Of a stretch of 35,607 nt of DNA, positions 7,188 through 16,511 are shown in pieces. The DNA lies in NCBI GenBank assembly GCA_964476405.1, contig CAYZCH010000027.1, forward strand, positions 1 to 35,607, written 5' to 3'. The notes under the pieces were generated by a model. It saw only the letters and a list, made by a program, of their open reading frames with translations. It did no database searches and was not told where the DNA came from. Within the stretch, counting starts at the first letter, position 1; each line of letters begins with the position of its first letter. A program made the position numbers and the translations under genes. The DNA is from an uncultured Desulfurococcales archaeon. GTDB lineage: Archaea; Thermoproteota; Thermoprotei_A; Sulfolobales; Pyrodictiaceae.

Positions 7188-8783
7188 TTGATAGACCCGC
7201 CGATGGGGGAGCTGAAGGCCCTCCTAGACCTGGTCGGGCTCGGGGGGCGCTGCAGGGAGGCTGGGGGAGGCCTGGTCTACTGCCGCGCCCCGCCGGGCGA
7301 GGGGCTCCGCGCAGCCGTGAGGCTCCACGAGGACACCGGCTGTAGGCTGACCACGTGCCTGGCCTACGACTATAGGCTCGTTGACGGCTCCTTCCACGTA
7401 GTATACGTGTTCGACTGCCCGAGGCTCGGGAGGTACATAGACGTAGACATAGCCCTCAGCGACTCGAGCGCCGAGTCGCTCGCAGCCCTTATAGACTCCA
7501 TGCAGTGCACGTGGTGCGAGTGGGAGGCGAGAGACCTCTACGGTATACGGTTCAGGGGGCACCCGGGTAGGGGGAGGCTCATACTCCCCGACTCCTGGCC
7601 GGAGGACTACCACCCGTTGAGGAAGGATGCGCCGAGGAGGCCGCCCTCCCCCGTCAGCCAGGCGCCGAGGAGGCTGCGGGGCCCGGGTATGCCGCTGGGC
7701 CCGTACCACCCGGCGCTCCATGAGCCGGAGTACTTCGAGCTTGAGGTCGAGGGGGAGAGGGTAACCGGCGTCAGGTACCGTGGCTTCTTTGTTTATCGTG
7801 GTATTGAGAAGCTTGCTGAGGATAGGTTTGGTTTTATGCAGGTGCCGTTCCTGGCTGAGAGGATATGCGGTATATGCGGCTGCGTGCACTCATCATCATA
7901 CTGCAGGGCCGTCGTGATCGCTCTAGGCGTGGAGCCGCCCGAGAAGGCTAGGTATGTGCGTACACTGCTCCTGGAGCTGGAGAGGATACACAGCCACCTA
8001 CTATGCACGGCTGTCATGCTTCACGCAGCCGGCTACGACACGGGATTCATGCAGCTGATGGGGCTCAGGGAGGAGGTGATGTCGGTGGCCGAGCTGTTGA
8101 CAGGCAACAGGAAGACCTACTCAGCCAACATACCGGGCGGGGTGAGGGTTGAGGTCGACAGGGACAGGGCTAGGGGCTGTGTTGAGAGGGCGGCGGCCGC
8201 CGCCCTGAAGGCGGTGAAGCTGGCCAGGAGCTTCCTCGACGTCTCCGAGGTCTACACGAGGCTCAGCGGAGTGGGCGTGTTGAGCAGGGAGGATGCGTGG
8301 AGGCACGGCGCCCTCGGCCCCGTCGCCAGGGCCTCCGGGATAGACGTCGACGTGAGGAGGGATCACCCGTACGCGGCCTACGGGGAGGTCGAGTTCGAGG
8401 TACCCGTAATGGATGAAGGGGACGCCCTCGCAAGATACCTGCTCCGGCTAGAAGAAGTCGAGCAATCGGTCAGGATACTCAGGCAGGTGGCCTCCTCCCT
8501 CCCGGAGAAGGGCGCCTGGAGGACTGAGCCCCCCTACGAGGAGCTAAGGGTGGGGCAGGCGGCCTCGGAGGCCCCGAGGGGTGAGTGCATACACTACGTC
8601 ATCACGGGGCCCCATGGGAGGCTCTGGAGGTGGAAGGTGAGGGCGCCGAGCTACAACAACATACCGCTCCTCAGCCTCATGCTCAAAGGCTACACGGTTG
8701 CAGACGCCCCCGTCATAATCTCCAGCATAGACCCATGCTTCTCATGCACAGACCGCGTAGCCGTGGTGGTGAGGCGTGGGTAG
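7188..8783 (+). CDS. Group-4 [NiFe]-hydrogenase large subunit fused to an N-terminal NuoC/CooU-like domain (HycE-type architecture)
   Basis: The N-terminal Ni-binding motif RICGICGCVH lies at 7860-7889 and the C-terminal motif DPCFSCTDR at 8730-8756. The first ~165 aa carry the NuoC-like LYGIRFRGHPGRGRLILPDSWPEDYHPLRKD. The start is the TTG at 7188 or the ATG at 7203. Confidence 0.9.
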   Translation: MIDPPMGELKALLDLVGLGGRCREAGGGLVYCRAPPGEGLRAAVRLHEDTGCRLTTCLAYDYRLVDGSFHVVYVFDCPRLGRYIDVDIALSDSSAESLAALIDSMQCTWCEWEARDLYGIRFRGHPGRGRLILPDSWPEDYHPLRKDAPRRPPSPVSQAPRRLRGPGMPLGPYHPALHEPEYFELEVEGERVTGVRYRGFFVYRGIEKLAEDRFGFMQVPFLAERICGICGCVHSSSYCRAVVIALGVEPPEKARYVRTLLLELERIHSHLLCTAVMLHAAGYDTGFMQLMGLREEVMSVAELLTGNRKTYSANIPGGVRVEVDRDRARGCVERAAAAALKAVKLARSFLDVSEVYTRLSGVGVLSREDAWRHGALGPVARASGIDVDVRRDHPYAAYGEVEFEVPVMDEGDALARYLLRLEEVEQSVRILRQVASSLPEKGAWRTEPPYEELRVGQAASEAPRGECIHYVITGPHGRLWRWKVRAPSYNNIPLLSLMLKGYTVADAPVIISSIDPCFSCTDRVAVVVRRG

Positions 8784-9291
8784 GGCTACAGCACTCCTCA
8801 CAGCCCTGAGGCTCGGGAGACTGACCACCAGGTACCCCTACCAGCCGTCGCCAGCCCCACCCGAGTACCGCGGCCCCCCAGTGTTCCTCGAGGACAGGTG
8901 CGTCGGCTGCGGAGCCTGCATGTATGCGTGCCCGGCGCAGGCCATAAGCGTGAGGTATGAGGAGTCCGACGACATAGTCGTCCTCGAGCACAGTGTAGCC
9001 AGGTGCATCTTCTGCATGTTCTGCGCCGATACGTGCCCGCATGGAGCCATAGTGAAGACCAACATCTATGAACTGGCCACAGACAACCCCAGGGACCTCA
9101 TACAGAGGGTCGAGCACAGGCCAGCCCACTGCGCCGACTGCGGCGAGGCATACTCCACGCTCAGGGCGGTCTCGAGGGCGGCTGAGGGGGCCGGGGGGCT
9201 GCAACGCTACATGCTCCGCTGCCCGGCCTGCAGGGCCCGAGGCGTAGCCGAGGTGATAGCGTCCTCGAGGAGGGGTGGCCTGGTTGCCTAG
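8776..9291 (+). CDS. Hydrogenase 2x[4Fe-4S] ferredoxin subunit (HycF/CooX/NuoI-like)
   Basis: It has CVGCGACMYACP and CIFCMFCADTCP, plus a C-terminal CADCG...CPACR pair like that in E. coli HycF. It overlaps the large-subunit stop. Confidence 0.85.
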   Translation: MGRATALLTALRLGRLTTRYPYQPSPAPPEYRGPPVFLEDRCVGCGACMYACPAQAISVRYEESDDIVVLEHSVARCIFCMFCADTCPHGAIVKTNIYELATDNPRDLIQRVEHRPAHCADCGEAYSTLRAVSRAAEGAGGLQRYMLRCPACRARGVAEVIASSRRGGLVA

Positions 9292-9760
9292 GAGGAGGAG
9301 CCTCTGGGTCTACCACGTGAACACCGGTGGCTGCAACGGGTGCGACATAGAGCTCCTCGCAGCCCTAAGCCCTGTCTACGACCCGGAGAGGTTCGGCGTC
9401 AAGCTCGTAGAGTCGCCGAGGCACGCGGACGCCTTCGTCCTCAGCGGCCCGGTGACCGTGCAGAGCCTCCCGAGCGTGCTGGAGGCGTTCAGGGTCGGCA
9501 GGCCGGAGGCCGTGGTGGCGCTCGGCTCCTGCGCCTGCGGCGGCGGCATATGGCACGACAGCGCGGCAGTCCTAGGAGGCATAGACCCGCTGCTCAAGCT
9601 GCTCGAGGAGGAGGGGATCCCCAGGCCTAGGGTTATACGCGTGCCTGGCTGCCCGCCGAGGCCCCACGCGATACTCTACGGGGTCGCAGTCCTCCTCGGC
9701 CTCGCCGAGGTGAAGGCAGCCAAGCTCCTGGCGGAGGCGAGGCAAGCGGCTAGGATTTAA
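9275..9760 (+). CDS. Group-4 [NiFe]-hydrogenase small subunit (HycG/CooL/NuoB-like)
   Basis: It carries the NuoB-family proximal cluster ligands NTGGCNGCDIE, GSCACGGG and VPGCPPRP. Confidence 0.9.
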   Translation: MAWLPRRRSLWVYHVNTGGCNGCDIELLAALSPVYDPERFGVKLVESPRHADAFVLSGPVTVQSLPSVLEAFRVGRPEAVVALGSCACGGGIWHDSAAVLGGIDPLLKLLEEEGIPRPRVIRVPGCPPRPHAILYGVAVLLGLAEVKAAKLLAEARQAARI

Positions 9761-9850
9761 AAGGCTCCCTCCCAGAGCACCCTTGGGATGCACATAGAGT
9801 GGCCCCGGGAGAGCCTTGGAGGGTGATGTGGGCTGCCGCGTGAACCCGAG

Positions 9851-10291
9851 GTGGAGTATAAGTATATTGTACGCATAGCCGCGACGGACATACCCGGAGA
9901 CCTGAAGGTACCCTACGGCCTAGCAATGATAAAGGGCGTGGGCTACAACCTGGCCCTGGCGCTGTGCAGGCTCCTCGGCATAGACCCGAACAAGAGGATA
10001 GGGTTCCTCACAGACGCCGAGATCGCGAGGCTCGAGGAGGCGATAAAGAACCCGAGGGCTGTCGGTGTACCCTCCTGGATGCTTAACAGGAGGAAGGACT
10101 ATGAGACCGGCAGGGACATGCACCTCGTCGGAGCCGACCTGATATACTACGTGAGGAGGGACATCGAGAGGGAGAAGAGGATTAAGAGCTGGAGGGGTAT
10201 ACGCCACGCCCTCGGCCTCAAGGTCAGGGGCCAGAAGACTAGCCGTACTGGGCGCCTCGGCGTGACAGTCGGCGTGTCGAAGAGGAGGTGA
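9851..10291 (+). CDS. rps13: 30S ribosomal protein S13 (uS13)
   Basis: It has [31 protein letters not shown] and [17 protein letters not shown], and it heads the conserved S13-S4-S11-RpoD block. Confidence 0.95.
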   Translation: MEYKYIVRIAATDIPGDLKVPYGLAMIKGVGYNLALALCRLLGIDPNKRIGFLTDAEIARLEEAIKNPRAVGVPSWMLNRRKDYETGRDMHLVGADLIYYVRRDIEREKRIKSWRGIRHALGLKVRGQKTSRTGRLGVTVGVSKRR

Positions 10292-10296
10292 CGGCC

Positions 10297-10812
10297 ATGG
10301 GTGACCCGAAGAAGCCCCGTAAGAAGTGGGAGAGCCCCAAGCACCCCTGGATAAAGGAGAGGCTGCTCAGAGAGATAGAGCTCATGGGCCGCTACGGGTT
10401 GAGGAACAAGAAGGAGATATGGAAGGCCGAGACGATGGCTAGGAGGGTGAGGCACCGCGCCAGAGCACTCCTAGCCCTCCCGCCCGCGATAAGGGAGGCT
10501 GAGGAGAGGAGCCTCCTGCACAGGCTGATACAGCTCGGAGTCCTCCCCGAGAACGCGACGCTCGACGACGTGCTGGGCCTCACAGCCGAACACTTCCTCG
10601 AGAGGAGGCTCCAGACCATAGTCTACAAGAAGGGGCTTGCAAGGACACCCCACGAGGCGAGACAGCTCATAGTCCACGGCCACATAGCGATAGGGGGTAG
10701 GAGGGTGCGCTCCCCAGGCTACCTGGTCAAGAAGGAGGAGGAAGACCTCGTAGACTACGCCCCCACAAGCCCCTACTTCAAACGCAGGCTCGAGGCCGCC
10801 CAGCAGGCCTAG
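10297..10812 (+). CDS. rps4: 30S ribosomal protein S4 (uS4)
   Basis: The product begins [18 protein letters not shown]. The ATG lies 8 nt after GGAGGTGA, and the ORF listed from 10288 includes 3 extra codons. Confidence 0.95.
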   Translation: MGDPKKPRKKWESPKHPWIKERLLREIELMGRYGLRNKKEIWKAETMARRVRHRARALLALPPAIREAEERSLLHRLIQLGVLPENATLDDVLGLTAEHFLERRLQTIVYKKGLARTPHEARQLIVHGHIAIGGRRVRSPGYLVKKEEEDLVDYAPTSPYFKRRLEAAQQA

Positions 10813-10829
10813 GCCAGGGGTGAGGAGCC

Positions 10830-11228
10830 GTGTTCTCCGCGAGGGAGATCAAGTGGGGCGTCGCCCACATATACTCGAGCTACAACAACACTATAATCCA
10901 CATAACCGACCTCACCGGAGCCGAGACCTTCGCCAGGATAAGCGGGGGGATGGTGGTCAAGGCGGACCGTGAGAAGCCCTCACCCTACGCCGCCATGATG
11001 GCGGCCGCGAGGGCTGCCCAGCAGGCAATGGAGAAAGGGATAATGGCGATACATATAAAGGTGAGGGCGCCGGGCGGCCACGGCCCAAAGACGCCGGGGC
11101 CGGGCGCGCAGGCCGCCATAAGGGCGCTCGCCAGGAGCGGCTTCATAATAGGGAGGATAGAGGACGTCACACCACTACCACACGACACGACCAGGAGGCC
11201 CGGCGGCCGCAGGGGTAGGAGGCTCTGA
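10830..11228 (+). CDS. rps11: 30S ribosomal protein S11 (uS11)
   Basis: It has [18 protein letters not shown] and [15 protein letters not shown]. Confidence 0.95.
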   Translation: MFSAREIKWGVAHIYSSYNNTIIHITDLTGAETFARISGGMVVKADREKPSPYAAMMAAARAAQQAMEKGIMAIHIKVRAPGGHGPKTPGPGAQAAIRALARSGFIIGRIEDVTPLPHDTTRRPGGRRGRRL

Positions 11229-11267
11229 GGCCCCTCCCGGGCCGCCACCCCCGCGAGGTGTATTGTT

Positions 11268-12125
11268 TTGGGTAGGAGTATCAGGCTCCTCGAGGAGGGC
11301 AAGTATAGGCTCAGGCTGCTGGTCGAGGGCTACCCCCTACCCCTAGTCAACTCTGTGAGGAGGGCGTGCTTCACCGAAGTCCCCGTCATGGCTATAGATA
11401 TTGTCGAGTTCATCGAGAACAACACCGTGTTGTACGACGAGATAATAGCGCATAGGCTCGGACTGATACCGTTGACCAGCGAGGAGGCGCTGAGCCGGTA
11501 CGACCCCCCCGAGAAGTGCAGGGACGCCCCCCTCGAAGACACCCGCTGCTACGCCGTCCTCACACTAGAGGTTCACACCACGAAGACGGAGCCGCAGAGG
11601 ATTGTCTACAGCGGCGACCTCCAGCCAGAGGACCCGGACGTGAGGCCCGTCTACCCCAATATACCGATAGTAGTCATGGCCCAGCAGCAGAGGCTCAGGC
11701 TGCAGGCATACGCGAGGCTCGGGTACGGGAAGGAGCATGCCAAGTGGATACCAGTAACCGTCGCCGCCCACAAGTACCTCCCAGTGCTCAGCTTCGACCT
11801 CGGGAAGCCAGGCGCAGAGGAGTGTGTCAGGTGCATCGAGCAGGCCTACCCCTCGATAGCGGAGAAGATGAGGGAGATGGGTAAGGGGAGCATAGAGGTA
11901 GTAGACGACGTGAACACATCCGCCCTCTACTGGTGCGTCAACAAGAAGTGTGGTGAGGCGGCTAGCCTCAACTATATGCAGGACAGGCTGATACTGACCA
12001 TAGAGACTACAGGCTCCCTAACAGCCCGCAGAGTCCTCTTGAAGGCCGTGGAGGCGGTCGAGGCTAAGGCTAAGAAGCTCCTGGAGGAGGTTGAAGCACT
12101 TAAAACCGGGAACGAGCAGGGCTAG
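11268..12125 (+). CDS. rpoD: DNA-directed RNA polymerase subunit D (Rpo3)
   Basis: It has LVNSVRRACFTEVPVMAIDIVEFIENNTVLYDEIIAHRLGLIPL, and four Cys (CVRC...CVNKKC) consistent with the archaeal subunit-D Fe-S domain. The TTG start lies 7 nt after GAGGTG. Confidence 0.9.
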   Translation: MGRSIRLLEEGKYRLRLLVEGYPLPLVNSVRRACFTEVPVMAIDIVEFIENNTVLYDEIIAHRLGLIPLTSEEALSRYDPPEKCRDAPLEDTRCYAVLTLEVHTTKTEPQRIVYSGDLQPEDPDVRPVYPNIPIVVMAQQQRLRLQAYARLGYGKEHAKWIPVTVAAHKYLPVLSFDLGKPGAEECVRCIEQAYPSIAEKMREMGKGSIEVVDDVNTSALYWCVNKKCGEAASLNYMQDRLILTIETTGSLTARRVLLKAVEAVEAKAKKLLEEVEALKTGNEQG

Positions 12126-12145
12126 GGCAAGGGGTGCGCGCCTGA

Positions 12146-12517
12146 ATGCAGGCAGTCAAGAGGACTGGGCCTACCAACATAGTGCTCCGTAAGACGCTGA
12201 GGAGGCTGAGGAGCCAGGCCAGGAGGGAGAACGCCCCAATATGGCGCTACGTATACGAGCTCTTGTCGAGGCCGAGGAGGCTCAGAATAGTCGTCAACCT
12301 GTCAAAGATAAACAGGCATACGAGGCCCGGAGACGTGGTCGTCGTGCCCGGCAAGGTGCTGGGGGCAGGCACCATAGACCACCCGGTCACCGTCGCCGCC
12401 GCCGCGTTCTCATACACGGCGGTGAGGAAGATAAGGGAGGCCGGGGGGAGGGTTCTACACATAACGCAGCTCATGGAGGAGAACCCGAGGGGGTCGGGGG
12501 TCAAGATAATAATCTAG
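12146..12517 (+). CDS. rpl18e: 50S ribosomal protein L18e (eL18)
   Basis: The assignment rests on the KRTGPTNIVLRKTLRRL N-terminus and the conserved position after rpoD. Confidence 0.9.
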   Translation: MQAVKRTGPTNIVLRKTLRRLRSQARRENAPIWRYVYELLSRPRRLRIVVNLSKINRHTRPGDVVVVPGKVLGAGTIDHPVTVAAAAFSYTAVRKIREAGGRVLHITQLMEENPRGSGVKIII

Positions 12518-12530
12518 GAGGGTGTGCGCG

Positions 12531-13013
12531 ATGGTGGTAGAGGTCGAGCCCCCCAAGCCGCCCGCTAGGATGCTCGTCGTCGACGCGGAGGGCCAGATAC
12601 TTGGGAGGATGGCGAGCATAGTGGCTAAGAAGCTGCTCGAAGGCTACAGGGTAGTGATAGTGACCGCCGAGAAAGCGGTCGTCAGCGGAGACCCGCTCAT
12701 GGTCATAGAGAGCTACCAGAAGCTCCTAGGAGTCAAGGTGCACGTCAACCCCTACAAGTGGGGGCCTAGGAGGCCGAGGGATCCGAGGTGGATAGTGAGG
12801 GATGCCGTCGAGGGCATGCTCCCCAGGTGGAAGGAGCAGGGGAGGAGGGCGGCGAAGAGACTGAAGGTATACATAGGCGTCCCGAAGGAGTACGAGAAGG
12901 CCGAGAAGGTGAAGTTCCCTGAGGCCGACTACAGGAGGCTGGGGCACAAGTTTATACTTGTAGGCGAGATTGCACGCGCAATGGGATGGAAGGGGGTGGC
13001 TGAGAAGCCTTGA
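12531..13013 (+). CDS. rpl13: 50S ribosomal protein L13 (uL13)
   Basis: It has VVDAEGQILGRMASIVAKKLLEG. The ATG at 12531 follows GGAGG, and the ORF is open from the GTG at 12522. Confidence 0.9.
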   Translation: MVVEVEPPKPPARMLVVDAEGQILGRMASIVAKKLLEGYRVVIVTAEKAVVSGDPLMVIESYQKLLGVKVHVNPYKWGPRRPRDPRWIVRDAVEGMLPRWKEQGRRAAKRLKVYIGVPKEYEKAEKVKFPEADYRRLGHKFILVGEIARAMGWKGVAEKP

Positions 13014-13063
13014 GCGAGGCCGCGCAGGGGCAGGGAGCCGGCGGCCAGGAAGTAAGGGTGTTG

Positions 13064-13504
13064 ATGGCTAAGGCCGTCGAGGCCCCGACCAGGAGGGGGA
13101 AGATAAGGATAGTTATAGCGACCGGTAAGAGGAAGACCGCGGTGGCGAGGGCCGTCATAAAGCCGGGGAAGGGCAGGGTGTGGGTCAACGGTGTACCCAT
13201 AGAGCTCTGGCCCGTAGAGATGGCGAGGCTCAAGATGATGGAGCCGCTGCTCCTCGCCGGCAGGGAGATATGGGGGAGCGTCGACATCAGGGTGAACGTG
13301 AAGGGCGGGGGGTACATGGCGCAGGCGGACGCAGTCAGGATGGCTATAGCGAGGGGCCTAGTGGCGTACACGGGGAGCCAGCAGCTGAAGGACATCTACG
13401 AGCAGTTCGACCGCTCAATGATAGCCGGCGACCCGAGGCAGACGGAGCCGGAGAAGCCGATGAGGAGGGGTGCGAGGAGGAGGTGGCAGAAGAGCTACAG
13501 GTGA
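13064..13504 (+). CDS. rps9: 30S ribosomal protein S9 (uS9)
   Basis: It has [23 protein letters not shown] and the C-terminal RRRWQKSYR. The start is uncertain, since the ORF is open from the TTG at 13010. Confidence 0.9.
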   Translation: MAKAVEAPTRRGKIRIVIATGKRKTAVARAVIKPGKGRVWVNGVPIELWPVEMARLKMMEPLLLAGREIWGSVDIRVNVKGGGYMAQADAVRMAIARGLVAYTGSQQLKDIYEQFDRSMIAGDPRQTEPEKPMRRGARRRWQKSYR

Positions 13505-13511
13505 GGAGGCC

Positions 13512-13712
13512 GTGATAATCCCTGTAAGGTGCTACACGTGCGGGGCCCCGATAGCGAGGTACTGGGAGGAGTTCGCCAGGAGGGTTAAGGCTGGGGAGGA
13601 GCCGGGCAAGGTGCTGGACGACCTAGGGGTTAGGAGGCTCTGCTGCCGCCGCATCCTCCTAGCCCATGTCCCCCTGATACACGAGGTGACAAGGTTCAAG
13701 AGGATACTCTAG
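13512..13712 (+). CDS. rpoN: DNA-directed RNA polymerase subunit N (Rpo10)
   Basis: The 66-aa product begins [15 protein letters not shown] and contains [13 protein letters not shown], the zinc-binding pattern of RpoN/RPB10. The GTG follows GAGGAGG. Confidence 0.9.
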   Translation: MIIPVRCYTCGAPIARYWEEFARRVKAGEEPGKVLDDLGVRRLCCRRILLAHVPLIHEVTRFKRIL

Positions 13713-13724
13713 CCGGGTGGAGAG

Positions 13725-14360
13725 GTGGTCGCCTTGGCCGAGCAGGGCGGTGGAGTAATAGAGCTCCTGGTCCCGCTCGAGACGTACCTCTCAGCGGGAG
13801 TCCACATAGGCACGCACATATGCACCAAGTACATGGAGCAGTTCGTGTACAGGGTGAGGCCGGACGGCCTATACGTGCTCGACATAAGGAGGGTTGATGA
13901 GAGGATAAGGGTGGCGGCGAAGTTCCTAGCGAGGTTCCCCCCGGAGAAGATAGTGGCCGTGTCCGTGAGGCAGTACGGCTGGAAGCCCGTCCAGAAGTTC
14001 TGCAGCTACATAGGCTGCAAGATGCTGACGGGGAGGATACTCCCGGGCACCTTCACGAACCCCGCGCTCGAGTGGTACCTCGAGCCCGAAGTCATAGTGG
14101 TCACAGACCCGAGGTCGGACAGCCAGGCGATAGACGAGGCGGGCCGCATGGGGATACCCGTGGTCGCGCTCGCAGACACGGACAACAAGATAGAGAACCT
14201 AGACCTGATAATACCCTGCAATAATAAGGGCAGGAGGAGCCTCGCGCTCGTATACTGGATACTGACCAGGCAGGTGCTGAGGGAGAAGGGGCAGCTCGCC
14301 CCAGACCAGGATCTACCCGAGCCCCCCGAAGCCTTCGAGTTCAAGCCCAGGAGGAGGTGA
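13725..14360 (+). CDS. rps2: 30S ribosomal protein S2 (uS2)
   Basis: It has [34 protein letters not shown] and [11 protein letters not shown]. Confidence 0.95.
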   Translation: MVALAEQGGGVIELLVPLETYLSAGVHIGTHICTKYMEQFVYRVRPDGLYVLDIRRVDERIRVAAKFLARFPPEKIVAVSVRQYGWKPVQKFCSYIGCKMLTGRILPGTFTNPALEWYLEPEVIVVTDPRSDSQAIDEAGRMGIPVVALADTDNKIENLDLIIPCNNKGRRSLALVYWILTRQVLREKGQLAPDQDLPEPPEAFEFKPRRR

Positions 14361-14366
14361 CCCCCC

Positions 14367-14606
14367 GTGAGCCAGAAGGAGGAAGAGGTGAACGTGATAG
14401 AGGAGTTCGGCTTCCCGGCGGAAGTCATACAGATAATAGGCAGGACGGGCGTCCACGGAGAGGTCATACAGGTCAGGGTGAGGGTGCTGGAGGGGAGGGA
14501 CAAGGGCAGGGTGTTGACCAGGAACGTGCTAGGCCCCGTCAGGCTCGGCGACATACTGATACTCCGTGAGACCGAGCGTGAGGCCCGCAGGCTGGGCAGG
14601 AGGTGA
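14367..14606 (+). CDS. rps28e: 30S ribosomal protein S28e (eS28)
   Basis: It has [58 protein letters not shown]. Confidence 0.9.
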   Translation: MSQKEEEVNVIEEFGFPAEVIQIIGRTGVHGEVIQVRVRVLEGRDKGRVLTRNVLGPVRLGDILILRETEREARRLGRR

Positions 14607-14613
14607 CGCCGGC

Positions 14614-14799
14614 ATGGTGCTCATACGCACATGCAGCTACTGCGGCCGCGACATAGAGCCCGGCACAGGCCTCATGTACGTGAAGAACGACGGCACCATA
14701 CTGTGGTTCTGCAGCTCAAAGTGCTTCAAGCTGTGGAGGATGGGGCGCGACCCAAGGAGGCTCAAATGGACTAAGAAGTATACTACGCTGAGGAAGTGA
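14614..14799 (+). CDS. rpl24e: 50S ribosomal protein L24e (eL24)
   Basis: The product begins [39 protein letters not shown], a zinc-ribbon pattern. The listed ORF from 14566 carries a spurious extension. Confidence 0.9.
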   Translation: MVLIRTCSYCGRDIEPGTGLMYVKNDGTILWFCSSKCFKLWRMGRDPRRLKWTKKYTTLRK

Positions 14800-14812
14800 G
14801 GGGTGTAGGGCC

Positions 14813-15241
14813 GTGGCGCGGGAGCAGACCTTCATAATGATAAAGCCTGACGGTGTCCGTAGGGGGCTGGTGGGGGAGATAATAGCGAGGTTCGAGAGGA
14901 AGGGTTTCAGGATTAAGGCGTTGAAGATGAAGTGGCTGAGCAGGGAGGAGGCGGAGAGGCTCTACGAGGAGCACAGGGGGAAGCCGTTCTTCGAGAACCT
15001 GATAAGGTTCGTTACGAGCGGCCCCGTGGTGGCGATGATAATCGAGGGTGACTCCGCAGTCAAGGTGGCTAGGCTCATGATAGGGCCCACCGACGGCAGG
15101 GAGGCGCCCCCGGGCACGATAAGGGGCGACTACGCGTTAAGCAAGGGGGAGAACGTAGTACACGCCTCAGACTCGCCGGAGAAGGTCTGGAAGGAGGCGT
15201 CGGTGTTCTTCAGCAGGGACGAGGTCGTCGGCGACTACTAG
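14813..15241 (+). CDS. ndk: Nucleoside diphosphate kinase
   Basis: It has [27 protein letters not shown] and NVVHASDS (active-site His region). Confidence 0.95.
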   Translation: MAREQTFIMIKPDGVRRGLVGEIIARFERKGFRIKALKMKWLSREEAERLYEEHRGKPFFENLIRFVTSGPVVAMIIEGDSAVKVARLMIGPTDGREAPPGTIRGDYALSKGENVVHASDSPEKVWKEASVFFSRDEVVGDY

Positions 15242-15575
15242 CGGTGGCGCCGCCCCCCGCGAGCCAGACCAGGTTGTGGAAGCAGCTCCTCCTGCCCGTA
15301 TGGCATGCGGGGCCCCCCTCCACAACCATGTATAGTACGGCGTCGTGGTCGCAGTCGGTGAGTATGGCTGCCACGTGTAGGAGGTTTCCGCTCTCCTCCC
15401 CCTTCATCCAGAGCCTCCTCCTGCTCCTGGAGTAGAAGTGGGCGAGGCCTGTCTCCATGGTCTTCTCTATGGCTCTCCTGTCCGCGTAGGCTAGCATCAG
15501 TACTGCGCCGTCCAGGAGGCTCTGGACGACGACTGGTACTAGGCCCCCCTGCTTCTCGAAGTCTATGCACGCCAC
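15210..15575 (-). CDS. hisI: Phosphoribosyl-AMP cyclohydrolase
   Basis: It has GLVPVVVQ...[39 protein letters not shown]...DCDHDAVL...[12 protein letters not shown]. The GTG at 15575 overlaps the hisH end by 13 nt. The ORF extension up to 15722 lies inside hisH. Confidence 0.85.
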   Translation of the reverse strand: MACIDFEKQGGLVPVVVQSLLDGAVLMLAYADRRAIEKTMETGLAHFYSRSRRRLWMKGEESGNLLHVAAILTDCDHDAVLYMVVEGGPACHTGRRSCFHNLVWLAGGGATASSRRRPRPC

Positions 15576-16216
15576 CGCCTCTCCGACGCCACCTCTATGA
15601 AGTTCCTCAGTACCTTCAAGCCCTCCCTGCTGCTCTTCTCCGGGTGGAACTGCGTCGCGTAGACTGGGGGCTTCTCCACCGCCGCCACGAACACGGTCTC
15701 CCCGTGCCTCGCCGTAGCGCATACCGTCTCGTCCCCCTCCCGGTATGGTACGGCGTAGCTGTGGATGAAGTACATGTATGTGCCGTCCCTCACGCCTCGG
15801 AGGAGCCTGCAGCGCCTAAGGATCCTGACCCTGGTCCAGCCTATGTGCGGGAGCTTCCTCGCCTTCATCTTCTTCACGGTTCCCCTGAGCAAGCCGAGGC
15901 CTCTGAGCGGCTTGCCGCTATAGTCTATCGACTCCTCGCTCCACTCGTAGAGGAGTTGTAGGCCGAGGCATATCCCTAGGAGGGGTCTTCCCTCCTCCAC
16001 CATGCCGCGGATGGCCTCTGCACCCCTCTCACCTATCCTCTTCATGGCTGCGTCGAAGCAGCCAACCCCGGGGAGTATGACTGCGTCGGGGTCTGCGGCG
16101 ACCAGCTCCTCCGCGCTCGTCACCACGACGGGGTCTCCGCCGGCCCTGCGGACGCCGCTCGAGATACTGTATATGTTGCCGACGCCGTACTTGAACACCG
16201 CCACCCTAGGCCTCAC
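15563..16216 (-). CDS. hisH: Imidazole glycerol phosphate synthase, glutamine amidotransferase subunit
   Basis: It has ILPGVGCFDAAM, GICLGLQLL (catalytic Cys), FIHSY and QFHPEKS. Confidence 0.95.
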   Translation of the reverse strand: MRPRVAVFKYGVGNIYSISSGVRRAGGDPVVVTSAEELVAADPDAVILPGVGCFDAAMKRIGERGAEAIRGMVEEGRPLLGICLGLQLLYEWSEESIDYSGKPLRGLGLLRGTVKKMKARKLPHIGWTRVRILRRCRLLRGVRDGTYMYFIHSYAVPYREGDETVCATARHGETVFVAAVEKPPVYATQFHPEKSSREGLKVLRNFIEVASERRWRA

Positions 16217-16511
16217 GCTCCCTCACCCTATGCCTCCTCTCGAGCTCGGCTACGACGTCGCGTATCGATAGGCCGCGTAGGGCTAGGAGCACCATGAGGT
16301 GGTAGACTAGGTCTGCGGCCTCGTTTACGAGCGCCTCGTCGCCCCCTCTGAGGGCCTCGACTATGGTCTCGACGGCCTCCTCGCCGAGCTTCCTGGCGGC
16401 GTAGCCTATACCCCTCCTCGCCAGGTAGGCTGTGTAGGAGCCCTCAGGCATCCTCCTAAGCCTATCCCTTATCACCGCCTCGAGCTCCTCCAGGAACCCT
16501 ACGCCCTCCAC
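16206..16511 (-). CDS. hisE: Phosphoribosyl-ATP pyrophosphohydrolase
   Basis: It has SYTAYLARRGIGYAARKLGEEAVETIVEA...EAADLVYHLMVLL, the MazG-like HisE pattern. Confidence 0.9.
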   Translation of the reverse strand: MEGVGFLEELEAVIRDRLRRMPEGSYTAYLARRGIGYAARKLGEEAVETIVEALRGGDEALVNEAADLVYHLMVLLALRGLSIRDVVAELERRHRVREREA

